The position numbers and the translations under genes are program-made. Below are positions 55,626 through 64,000 of a stretch of 64,000 nt of DNA, piece by piece. This stretch comes from Myxococcales bacterium UBA1238 (lineage in GTDB: Bacteria; Myxococcota_A; Bradymonadia; UBA7976; UBA1532), in the NCBI GenBank assembly GCA_002309015.1, contig DBWM01000012.1, positions 16,638-80,637 on the forward strand, read 5' to 3'. Position 1 is the first letter of the stretch; every line of letters starts with the position of its first letter. Below the pieces are notes generated by a model. The model was given only the letters and a program-made list of their open reading frames with translations, was not told the DNA's origin and searched no databases.

Positions 55626-57695
55626 TCAGCGATCATCCAGCATGTAATTGCGCAAAGTGCGCAACGTGATCGGACAATCTTCGGTCACCTCGTGAAACTG
55701 CGTGCCGTCCTCGCCCTGATTCCAGAGGCGCAGCTGACGGCTGCCCAGACCGCGCAGGCCCCATTGTCCAAACCGCGCCGCCACCTGATTGCCCGACATG
55801 GCGCTTCGTGGATGTGCAGGAATCGGCTGTCCCATCATCAGGGCGTGCGCCAGATCGATGCCCGGCCAGCTCTCGGGAACCTCAACGCCCGATAGCTGCA
55901 ACACCAGACGGGGCACATCCTCCAGCCCCCCGCCGCGCAAAACATGCGATTTTGAAGGCGATTTCCATTTTGGAATCCAGACAACGAGGGGCACCTGAAG
56001 CAACTCGGGCAACAGCGCATGTCCATCGCCCGCAGCGCCATGTTTACCGAGCTCCGCCCCCACCGACCCCACCACGATCACCACAGTATCGTCGAGCAGC
56101 TGATGCGTTTCGAGCAGCCCAAAGAGTTGTCCAACCCAATAATCTGCAACGGAAACCTGCGCATCGTAAGCCGCAAGCTGAGCGCGCTTTTTCTCGTCCG
56201 AAACCGATTTGTCACCCAGATGCTGAGGCCAGTAAACCTGCTCGTACAATGGCCAGTAACCGTTGTTTTCGGTGACAGGTACGAGCGGATCATCAGTGGC
56301 CAGATAAAGAAAAAACGGTTGTTTTCCGCGCACATCGAGCCAATCATCGAGCTCACTCAAAAGGATCGAGGTTTCGGGCAGTTCGCCCATCTGACGCAAA
56401 TCGAGCCGCGTTTTAAAATCGTCGATGAGCGCCTGCGGCACATCGTCTGAAGCGCTCACGATCCCCGTAATGCGCCCCGAATCCTGCATCACGTGAGCCA
56501 AATGGGGACCGTCCCGTTCCGGCGCAAGAAGATGCCGATGCCCTTCCTCAGCCGAAACGCCCCCAGACCACATATCGACCGCCGCTGCGCCTTCCGCCGC
56601 AATCAAATCCAGATTGGGCGTCAGCGCATGCTCGCCCGAACGCCAAAGCCCCACGCGATCGCTCCGCAAGCCGTCCACCGCCCACACGATCGCGTTTTTG
56701 GCCACAGGGATCTCAAAAGCGGTCACCCCCGGCATCCAAATCTGAGGCTCGATCCAGGCCGCCCGCCCCACCGCTCCGTTGGCTCCCCGGGTTTCCAGAT
56801 TCAGGCGCACGGGACGTCCGGCGTAAGCATCCAAATCGATCTCGATCTCAGCCAGATCGCCCAGCGACACAGTTTTGGAAGCCATCTCGCGCTGCGATGC
56901 GCCATCCTCATCCAAGGTTACCAAAAACAACACAGGATCCCCCGAATGCAGCGCCAGCTTTGTGCGGAACACGCTTCCGGGAGGCGGCACCAGATAATAA
57001 GACCAGCTGGTCGGCGGCCCCGCAAAGAGCGCCGGTTTCGCTTCGCCTGCGCAATCAAACGTCCCCACCCATTGCATCGGCAAATCGGGCAAATCGCCGG
57101 GCAGCAGATGGGGCAGAAGGCGCAATCCCGAGAGCGCCGCCGAGGTGCGCACATTGCCCTTCAATCGCGAAAAACGGAACCAGAATCGGATGTTATGCTC
57201 TCCCGGCGTCAGCCCTCCTTCGGGCAGGGGAATGCGGAAGACCTGTCCATTTTGCGGGACCGCCACAGTAGTTAAGGGTGTTTCATCCAAAAAGATACTC
57301 ACACGCTGCCCCTGGGCGATGGGCTTCAGCCAAAGCTCCAGAATGCGAAGCTTCGGCCCCTCCTGCCCCACCGGAAAAAACAAGCTGCCACCGATGGAAT
57401 CGAGCCAGGAAGCCGAGCGATCGTTCAACATTTTCGGCGCCCGCCAGGGACTTCGTCCCGCCGATTGCGCTTTCGTCCAGCCCGGAGCCCCCGGATCGAG
57501 GATCGGTCCTAACCGGCCCACATGCGCCTGATCGGAATCCTGCACCAAATCGAGATAAATTTGCGTCAGAGGCCCTCGCTTTGCGGGCGGCAAACCGGCA
57601 TCGACCGAAGGCAGAAAAGGCTCCTCCGGCTCCTCCCGGCAGGCCCAAAGGAGACCCATTATCCCCAAAAAGATCGCCCAAATGCGCAACTTCAT
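55626..57695 (-). CDS. lipoprotein with C-terminal sulfatase/alkaline-phosphatase-superfamily domain
   Basis: ATG 57695 gives MKLRIWAIFLGIMGLLWAC (lipobox). A beta-rich N-terminal half, then VWAVDGLRSDRVGLW...TPNLD and later GSVGAELGKHG segments typical of the family. Confidence 0.7.
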   Translation of the reverse strand: MKLRIWAIFLGIMGLLWACREEPEEPFLPSVDAGLPPAKRGPLTQIYLDLVQDSDQAHVGRLGPILDPGAPGWTKAQSAGRSPWRAPKMLNDRSASWLDSIGGSLFFPVGQEGPKLRILELWLKPIAQGQRVSIFLDETPLTTVAVPQNGQVFRIPLPEGGLTPGEHNIRFWFRFSRLKGNVRTSAALSGLRLLPHLLPGDLPDLPMQWVGTFDCAGEAKPALFAGPPTSWSYYLVPPPGSVFRTKLALHSGDPVLFLVTLDEDGASQREMASKTVSLGDLAEIEIDLDAYAGRPVRLNLETRGANGAVGRAAWIEPQIWMPGVTAFEIPVAKNAIVWAVDGLRSDRVGLWRSGEHALTPNLDLIAAEGAAAVDMWSGGVSAEEGHRHLLAPERDGPHLAHVMQDSGRITGIVSASDDVPQALIDDFKTRLDLRQMGELPETSILLSELDDWLDVRGKQPFFLYLATDDPLVPVTENNGYWPLYEQVYWPQHLGDKSVSDEKKRAQLAAYDAQVSVADYWVGQLFGLLETHQLLDDTVVIVVGSVGAELGKHGAAGDGHALLPELLQVPLVVWIPKWKSPSKSHVLRGGGLEDVPRLVLQLSGVEVPESWPGIDLAHALMMGQPIPAHPRSAMSGNQVAARFGQWGLRGLGSRQLRLWNQGEDGTQFHEVTEDCPITLRTLRNYMLDDR

Positions 57696-57844
57696 GCCAT
57701 TCCTGTTCCTGTGCAAAGCCCGCGCATCCTGCCTGCGGACGGCTTTCGGGTCAATGACTCCCCATATCGCAGGACAGGATTGACATTTTTATTGGGACTG
57801 CATAAGCCGCCTGCGTTTCCAAAGCTTGCTTTCACGGAGTCTTT

Positions 57845-60037
57845 ATGACCGAAAACACACCGAAGCTAACACCAACTCCATGCCTGCTGGCGGGGCTCCT
57901 CGCTTTTTTGGTGGTGGGCATCATCGAAGCGCTCACCATGCTTTCCGGTTCGCTTTTTGAAGCCGGCGTGGGCGAAGGCCTGCTCACCCTCTTTTACATC
58001 ATCGCTTTCGACTGCCTGGTGGGGCTCATTGTGGGCCTCGGCCTGGCGCTGATCATGCCCTCGGTTGCCGATATTCTCAAGCCGCGCAACTCATTAAAAT
58101 CTCACATCTTTTCAAATGATGCAGCCTTGTTGCAGGACACTGCGGCCTGGATGACTGCGGGGCTTTTGGCGTTGCTGCCCATCGCGCTTTCGGCGTTCGC
58201 GGGCGGTCATCTGGCGCACGGCTTTAACCAGCTGCGACTGGTGGGCCCCTTCGTGGCGCTCGCTGCCCTTGCGGGATCCGTTGCGGCGCTGTTTTTGCTC
58301 TGCCCTCTTCAGCGGTTTTCGCGCTTCGTCTGGCGTAAGCTCGCACCCCGTGGGCGATTGATCTTTCCTGCCCCCATCTGGCCCGTGCTCGCAGTCGTCC
58401 TGGTCGTGCTGGCCATCCTCTTCTATTTGACGCGGCTCGATCTCGGCTCGATGAAGCTCGGCGGTTATATTGCGCTGGTGCTGGGGCTCTGTTTTGCATT
58501 GATTTTACTGTGGTTCCACGCTTTGCCTCTCCTGCGCCTGAAGGGCATTGCGGCGGTGATTTCGGTCATCGGGATTGCCGGTTTTCTGCTGGCCACCTTC
58601 AGGCTCGATCAGGCGACGATGGCTCAGCGCGTGTTGCCCAAAGACGCCCATCTTGCGCGCGAAGCCCTGCAACTCGGCCGTAAACTGCTCGATCGCGACG
58701 GCGACGGATACGCCTATTACCTGGCGGGCGGCGACTGCGACGATGAAGACGCCGACGTGCATCCCGGAGCCAAAGACATTCCCGGAAACGGCATCGACGA
58801 AAACTGCCAGGGCGGCGATGCGCCTTTGCCCGAACCCGACCCTGTTGTTGAAGAAAAGCCAGACCCCGTTGTCGAAGCGCCCGTCGAAGAAAAGCCCAAG
58901 CCGCGCTACAACGTGGTCCATATCGTCGTCGACACGCTGCGCTACGATCACATGAGTCTCTTCGGCTACGAGCGCAAGACCACACCCAACATCGACGCCT
59001 GGTCCAAGGACGCGATCATCTTCGACCGCGTTTACGCCCAGGCCCCCAACACGCCGCGCTCCTTCCCCTCGTTCTTCACGGGCCGCTACCCCTCGCGCAT
59101 CAAATGGATCAAGCGATTTGAGCGCTTCAGCGGCATTCAGCCCGAAAGCGAGACCGTCTTCGAACTGTTCCACGACGCCGGCTGGCGCACCGAGGCCCAG
59201 ACCGCCCACTGGTATTTTGAAAAAGCCAAAAACATTAAGGATGGCGTCGAATTATGGGACAACACCGGCTTCTTGAGCATCAGCGAGAGCAACACGCAAA
59301 TCGTGGCCCACGAGTTAACCCCTCGCGTCACCAAGCGCCTCGACGAACTCGCCAAGTTGCCCGACGGACAGCCTTTTTACCTGTTCGCCCATTATTTTGA
59401 GCCCCACGGCAAATACATGAACCACAAGAATGTAAAGGTTTGGGGCGACAAACTGATGGATAAATACGACAGCGAAATTTACTACGTCGACCATTACCTG
59501 CAGCCGGTCTTCGACAAGCTCCGCGAGCTCAACCTTTATGAAAACACCATCGTCGTGCTCATGGCCGATCACGGTGAAGCCTTTAAGGAACACGGCTTTT
59601 TGTTCCACGGCCGCAATGTTTACGAAGAAGAGCTGCGCGTTCCGCTGCTGATCCGCTTCCCCGGACAAGCCTCAAGGCATGTGACCGAAACCGTTGGATT
59701 AATTGATCTTTTGCCCACTTTTGCCGAATTGTTCGGCTTCAAGGCGGCGCAGGCTCAGGGCAAGAGCTTTTTGCCTTTGCTGACGGGTGAGGGCAGCTAC
59801 GAGGAAAGGCCCATTTACTTGGAGCAGCTCTCCTATCCAGGCTACGAAAAGGATGTATTCGGCGTCGTCTTCAAGCATCAGAAGGCAGCGCGCCATGTGA
59901 CCGATAACATCGACGAGTTTTACGACCTGGACAAAGACCCCCACGAAAAGGATAACCTGCTGCTCAAAGATCCCAATGCGGGCAAGGAGTTACGCAAACT
60001 TTTGATGCAGTTTATGGATGGCGATCCCGGTGAGTGA
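57845..60037 (+). CDS. polytopic membrane protein with MopE-type Cys motif and periplasmic sulfatase-family domain (LtaS/EptA-like architecture)
   Basis: 730 aa. About 8 TM helices. DRDGDGYAYYLAGGDCDDEDADVHPGAKDIPGNGIDENCQGG. VVDTLRYDHMSLFGYERKTTPNID, APNTPRSFPSFFTG and MADHGEAFKEHG. Confidence 0.8.
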   Translation: MTENTPKLTPTPCLLAGLLAFLVVGIIEALTMLSGSLFEAGVGEGLLTLFYIIAFDCLVGLIVGLGLALIMPSVADILKPRNSLKSHIFSNDAALLQDTAAWMTAGLLALLPIALSAFAGGHLAHGFNQLRLVGPFVALAALAGSVAALFLLCPLQRFSRFVWRKLAPRGRLIFPAPIWPVLAVVLVVLAILFYLTRLDLGSMKLGGYIALVLGLCFALILLWFHALPLLRLKGIAAVISVIGIAGFLLATFRLDQATMAQRVLPKDAHLAREALQLGRKLLDRDGDGYAYYLAGGDCDDEDADVHPGAKDIPGNGIDENCQGGDAPLPEPDPVVEEKPDPVVEAPVEEKPKPRYNVVHIVVDTLRYDHMSLFGYERKTTPNIDAWSKDAIIFDRVYAQAPNTPRSFPSFFTGRYPSRIKWIKRFERFSGIQPESETVFELFHDAGWRTEAQTAHWYFEKAKNIKDGVELWDNTGFLSISESNTQIVAHELTPRVTKRLDELAKLPDGQPFYLFAHYFEPHGKYMNHKNVKVWGDKLMDKYDSEIYYVDHYLQPVFDKLRELNLYENTIVVLMADHGEAFKEHGFLFHGRNVYEEELRVPLLIRFPGQASRHVTETVGLIDLLPTFAELFGFKAAQAQGKSFLPLLTGEGSYEERPIYLEQLSYPGYEKDVFGVVFKHQKAARHVTDNIDEFYDLDKDPHEKDNLLLKDPNAGKELRKLLMQFMDGDPGE

Positions 60038-60755
60038 TCCCAAACTTTTGCGCCTGTTGCGCGCGCTGCTGCTTGCGGCGGATCACCCGCTGACGGCGGC
60101 GATGGTGGTCGATTTGGTGCAAAGCGCCGTAGATGAAGAGGAATGGGACGCGCCCACCGATGAAGCGACCGTGGAAGCGGCGTTTTTGGAGCTCCAGCAG
60201 ACCCTTGGCGATGACTTTGGCATCGACGTGGTGCAGGTGGGCGGCGGATGGCGGTTTCGCACTTCGGGCAGCCTCGGATTTATGGTGAGGCGCCTGTGGC
60301 CCGATCGCGCCATTCGCCTGAGCCGTGCGGCATTGGAGGCCCTTTCGGTGGTCGCTTACCGGCAGCCCTGCACGCGCACCGACGTGGAAGATGTGCGCGG
60401 TGTGGATTGCGGCGGCGTGCTTCGAAGCCTGCTCGAGCGCAAGATGATCAAGGTGGTGGGGCGAAAAGAGGATGTGGGCCACCCGCTGCTCTATGCGACC
60501 ACGCCCGAATTCCTGGAAGTCTTCTCGCTGCCCGATTTATCCGCCCTGCCCAGACTGCGCGATCTGGAAAGCCTGCGCGATGAAGAAAACGCGCGCGAAA
60601 AGGGCTTCCATATTTTGCGGGAAACACCGCAGGAACCACCTAAAGAAGCGCCCAAAGAGACGGCAGAGCCCGCATTGAATGAAGCGCCAGAAGAGCCCGC
60701 AGAAACAACGCAACCTACCGAAAATGCAGAAGAAACGTCGCAGGCCGAATCCTAG
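60018..60755 (+). CDS. scpB: segregation and condensation protein B
   Basis: LEALSVVAYRQPCTRTDVEDVRGVDCGGVLRSLLERKMIKVVGRKEDVGHPLLYATTPEFLEVFSL. The start (ATG 60018 or GTG 60030) overlaps the end of the sulfatase gene. Confidence 0.9.
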   Translation: MAIPVSDPKLLRLLRALLLAADHPLTAAMVVDLVQSAVDEEEWDAPTDEATVEAAFLELQQTLGDDFGIDVVQVGGGWRFRTSGSLGFMVRRLWPDRAIRLSRAALEALSVVAYRQPCTRTDVEDVRGVDCGGVLRSLLERKMIKVVGRKEDVGHPLLYATTPEFLEVFSLPDLSALPRLRDLESLRDEENAREKGFHILRETPQEPPKEAPKETAEPALNEAPEEPAETTQPTENAEETSQAES

Positions 60756-61559
60756 TCACTCGCTCAGCATCCCCGCCGCCTGCTCGCCTTTTTCGGCGAT
60801 CCCGTCCACACGCGCTTCCACATGAATGGTCCCTAACCGCTCGATTTGATTGGTTAAAATCAGTTTTAAGCGGCTCATTTCGAGCACGGCCAAAAAGCTG
60901 GTCACATGCTCTTCGCGATAGCGCAGGGTGGAGCAGAGCGCTCCAAAGGTGGTCTGCGGGCAAACCGACAAGTCGTCGGCGATCTGCGCGATGCGCTCAC
61001 CGATGCTGATGCGTTCCACGTAAATATCGTGAGGAGCTAAATATTTGGACTTCGCGACCAGGCTCCGGAAAGCCTCGCCCAGGCGAAACACATCCTGGTT
61101 GCAGAGTTCGCCGCTCTCCTCTTCGTCGGGCGGCCGATCGAGCCCCGGCGGGCGCATAAAATATTCCCAGCTCTCGCGCAGTTTGGATCCGAGTTCCTGC
61201 GCCACTTCTTTAAAGCGTTGATATTCCAGCAGCTGGCGCACCAGGCGCTCGCGCGGATCCTCTTCGGGCTCAGCCTCCCCTTCGGCTTCCTGAGGTTCTT
61301 CGGGCAGCAGCATGCGGCTCTTAATGTGAATTAAGGTCGCCAGCATCAACAGGAATTCGCTCGCAGGCTCGATCTCGAGCGTCTGCTCCATCAGCTCGAG
61401 CATCTCGAGGTAGGAGGCGGTCAGATGGGCGATGGGGATATTGAAGATGTCGAGTTCGTCGCGCTGAATCAGGTGAAGCAGGAGATCGAGCGGGCCTTCA
61501 AAATCGGGCAGGTGAATGCCAAAGCGGTCATCCACATACTGAGGCTCCGCTTCGCTCAC
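60756..61559 (-). CDS. scpA: segregation and condensation protein A
   Basis: FEGPLDLLLHLIQRDELDIFNIPIAHLTASYLEML plus the C-terminal winged-helix region. Start overlaps the upstream stop (ATGA). Confidence 0.9.
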   Translation of the reverse strand: MSEAEPQYVDDRFGIHLPDFEGPLDLLLHLIQRDELDIFNIPIAHLTASYLEMLELMEQTLEIEPASEFLLMLATLIHIKSRMLLPEEPQEAEGEAEPEEDPRERLVRQLLEYQRFKEVAQELGSKLRESWEYFMRPPGLDRPPDEEESGELCNQDVFRLGEAFRSLVAKSKYLAPHDIYVERISIGERIAQIADDLSVCPQTTFGALCSTLRYREEHVTSFLAVLEMSRLKLILTNQIERLGTIHVEARVDGIAEKGEQAAGMLSE

Positions 61560-62227
61560 ATGATCACCATAACGGCGAGGGCTTCAAACCCCCGTTTGAC
61601 AAGGAAAACCAGCGGCGAGAGCAGGCGTCCGCCCGCATAAAAAATGACCAGCATCATCATCAGCTGATGCTGTGCGACGAAGGCGAAATATTTGTCGCAG
61701 CTGCTCGGCAGAATCGACTGCAATACGCTGAAACCGTCCAGGGGCGGAACGGGTAACAGGTTGAAAAAACAGAGAAAAATATTGGCCAGCACCAAAGTGC
61801 CCGCCAGGCTTTCCAGAGCTTGCCAGACCGGCGAAGATGAACCGATGCGAATCAGAAAGACGAATAAAAACGAGGAGATAAACGCCAGCAACAGATTCGA
61901 GAGCGGACCGGCAGCGGTGATCAGCAGATTGGCCGTGCGCAGCTTCCATTTGCGATCGACCCGCGACAGGTTGACCGGCGTCGAAGCCCAGCCAAACAAG
62001 AAGCCCGTCAGCGCCCCCAGAATCGGCATCACCAGAGCGCCCATAGGATGCGCGCGCATGATCACGAGAGGATTCAGCGTCACGCGCCCGTAAGATGCAG
62101 GCGTAGGATCCCCCAAACGATCGGCCACAAAAGCATGCGCAAATTCGTGCACCGTAAGCGAAATCACGATCGCCGCAAAACTCACCAACGCGGTTCGCAA
62201 ATCAAACACCAACAACTCCTTCAGCAA
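61556..62227 (-). CDS. site-2 protease (M50) family membrane metalloprotease
   Basis: HEFAHAF (HExxH) in TM1 and the NLLPVPPLDG motif; 223 aa, polytopic. Confidence 0.88.
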   Translation of the reverse strand: MLKELLVFDLRTALVSFAAIVISLTVHEFAHAFVADRLGDPTPASYGRVTLNPLVIMRAHPMGALVMPILGALTGFLFGWASTPVNLSRVDRKWKLRTANLLITAAGPLSNLLLAFISSFLFVFLIRIGSSSPVWQALESLAGTLVLANIFLCFFNLLPVPPLDGFSVLQSILPSSCDKYFAFVAQHQLMMMLVIFYAGGRLLSPLVFLVKRGFEALAVMVIM

Positions 62228-62379
62228 AGCGGCCTAATATAGGAGAACCCCCCCTCGATGCAAGATTCCCGTAAGATTTCGCGGGGAAAGACGATTTTAT
62301 ATCCGCAGCAAACCTTGCTTGTGGCGCTCCGCATCGCTTGCGCGTATATTCGGCAGCTTCTTTTTTGGGATGGGACTGA

Positions 62380-62997
62380 ATGTCTGGACCTCGAAAATAT
62401 ATCGCTGTTGCGGGCAACATTGGCGCCGGCAAGTCGACTTTGGTCGATTTTTTGCGTTATCGTTTTGACTTGACGCCCTTTCACGAGCCCAACGACGAAA
62501 ATCCTTTTATTCAGGCATTTTACGCCGACATGAAGCGCTGGTCTTTTCACAGCCAGATGTTTTTTTTGACACATAAATTCAGGCTGCACCAGGAGCTTTC
62601 AGACTCGCCGGACGCCGTCGTTCAGGACCGCACCATCTACGAAGATGCCGAAATCTTTGCCAAAAACCTGCACCGCTGCGGCTATATGACCGACGACGAA
62701 TTTGCGCTCTACAACGCGCTTTACAACGCCATCGTCAAAACCCTGCGGCCACCGGATTTGATGATTTATCTGCGCGCATCGGTGCGCACGGTCCGAAACC
62801 GCATCCGCCACCGGGGTCGCCCCGAAGAGCAGGATATGCCGCTCGCTTACGTGCGCCGCCTGCACGAGCTTTACGAGGAATGGTTCGCGCATTACGACCG
62901 CTCGCCCACCCTCGTCTTGCAAGTGGATCGCCTCGACTACATTCAGGATTTGGTGGATCGCCTGGATGTGATCCAGACGATCGAAAAATACCTATAA
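62380..62997 (+). CDS. deoxynucleoside kinase
   Basis: P-loop GNIGAGKST, FHEP..NPF...FY and DRTIYED (DRS/ERS-like) motifs; 205 aa. Confidence 0.88.
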   Translation: MSGPRKYIAVAGNIGAGKSTLVDFLRYRFDLTPFHEPNDENPFIQAFYADMKRWSFHSQMFFLTHKFRLHQELSDSPDAVVQDRTIYEDAEIFAKNLHRCGYMTDDEFALYNALYNAIVKTLRPPDLMIYLRASVRTVRNRIRHRGRPEEQDMPLAYVRRLHELYEEWFAHYDRSPTLVLQVDRLDYIQDLVDRLDVIQTIEKYL

Positions 62998-63007
62998 AAA
63001 CAGCGAA

Positions 63008-63976
63008 TTATGCAACAACAGCCGAGGCCTGCTGCACCGACTGGATCACGAGCCAGGTGATGTAACCCACGTATCCGGCGAGCAGGATCACGCCTTCCAC
63101 GCGCGAGATTTTGTGACCGGTGCGCATCATCGGCCAGAGGATCACCGTAAACCCGCACATCACCGCCAAATCGATCCATTGCCCCGTCGCATCGACCTTC
63201 ATGGGCGAGATCGTCGAGGCGGCGCCCATCACGCAAGTCAGGTTGAAATAGTTGCTGCCCACCACATTGCCGATGGCGAGGGCGGAATGGCCCTTAAAGG
63301 CGCTCACGGCGCTGGTCGCAAGCTCGGGCAAAGAGGTCCCCACCGCAACGATCGTCAGCCCGATCACGCGTTCAGAAATCCCCAATGCTTTCGCAACGTT
63401 ACTGCCACCGTTGACCATCAGCTGCGCGCCGCCCACCAGGCCTGCAATGCCCACCACGAGCAAAAGCAGGATCTTCCACAAAGGCAGCTCGGCCTCCGAC
63501 TCCTCCTCGGCCTCTTCTTCCTCTTTTTTGGGCGGATTCAGGAAGGAACGCACGGTGAAAAAGATGGCGCCCGCGAGCAAAATCGCGCCCTCGTAGCGCT
63601 CGACCACGCCGTCGGTCAAAAAGAAGACGCCGAGACCGGTCACCAGGGTCAGAAGCGGCAGCTCGCGTTTGAGCAGCGCGGGATCGCGCACGAGGATGGG
63701 ACAGATGGTCGCCGAGAGGCCGAGGACGAGCCCCACATTAGCGACATTGCTGCCCACAACATTGCCGACACCGATCTCCGCATTGCCGCGAATCGAAGCG
63801 AGCAACGAGACCACAAATTCGGGCAGACTCGTGCCGTAAGCGACCACCACCAGCCCGATCACCAGCATCGGCACGCCGAGCTTTCGCGCCAGGCCCACGG
63901 CCCCATCGACGAGCCAGTCAGCCCCCAGCACCAGGATCACCATTCCGCCAATTAATGCCAATAAATCTAACCACAT
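63008..63976 (-). CDS. Ca2+/Na+ antiporter (CaCA/YrbG family)
   Basis: Two alpha-repeats with GTSLPE (YGTSLPEFVVSL and VGTSLPELATSA), about 10 TM, acidic central loop. Confidence 0.9.
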   Translation of the reverse strand: MWLDLLALIGGMVILVLGADWLVDGAVGLARKLGVPMLVIGLVVVAYGTSLPEFVVSLLASIRGNAEIGVGNVVGSNVANVGLVLGLSATICPILVRDPALLKRELPLLTLVTGLGVFFLTDGVVERYEGAILLAGAIFFTVRSFLNPPKKEEEEAEEESEAELPLWKILLLLVVGIAGLVGGAQLMVNGGSNVAKALGISERVIGLTIVAVGTSLPELATSAVSAFKGHSALAIGNVVGSNYFNLTCVMGAASTISPMKVDATGQWIDLAVMCGFTVILWPMMRTGHKISRVEGVILLAGYVGYITWLVIQSVQQASAVVA

Positions 63977-64000
63977 CGCTGATCCTCATTCCGTTTGAAC

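Overview
This is a gene-dense 64-kb chromosomal segment. Hand counts on single lines give roughly 55-60% G+C, apart from one low-GC island. By eye I found no rRNA, tRNA, CRISPR array, transposase or integrase. Housekeeping blocks are rplU-rpmA-obg, glmU-glmS plus a UvrD-like helicase, ilvE, ribF-aroE, murB, rpsP-KH-rimM-trmD-rplS, rnhB-yraN and scpA/scpB. They are interleaved with surface-motility genes. (1) A type IV pilus locus runs pilB-pilT-pilC-pilS-pilR-(minor pilin)-pilA, with a textbook sigma54 promoter; a third pilin paralog lies about 10 kb away. (2) Two paralogous operons have the same order: TPR protein, roughly 1100-aa TPR protein, TPR lipoprotein, small secreted protein. Module B ends with an FHA-TM-TonB_C protein. 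This matches the gltC-D-E-F-G core of the Myxococcus Glt/Nfs envelope machines. (3) A tandem pair of zinc-ribbon + GYF + TM + periplasmic TPR proteins carries a GltJ-like cytoplasmic module on a different periplasmic domain. Gene order, MopE-type Cys motifs and sigma54 usage suggest a Myxococcota/Bdellovibrionota-type bacterium; this is inference only. Other items worth a second look: a low-GC island after pilA that ends inside a sulfatase-family gene also broken by one in-frame TGA; a second sigma54 promoter almost identical to the pilin one, in front of an unknown 114-aa protein and a DUF3006-RlmE fusion; a 580-bp gene-free spacer with a 42-bp phased CCATCGGATG repeat; a degenerate Fic protein; a probable ATT start for obg; and convergent, abutting scpB/scpA. 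All homology calls come from motif and architecture reading, not from searches.
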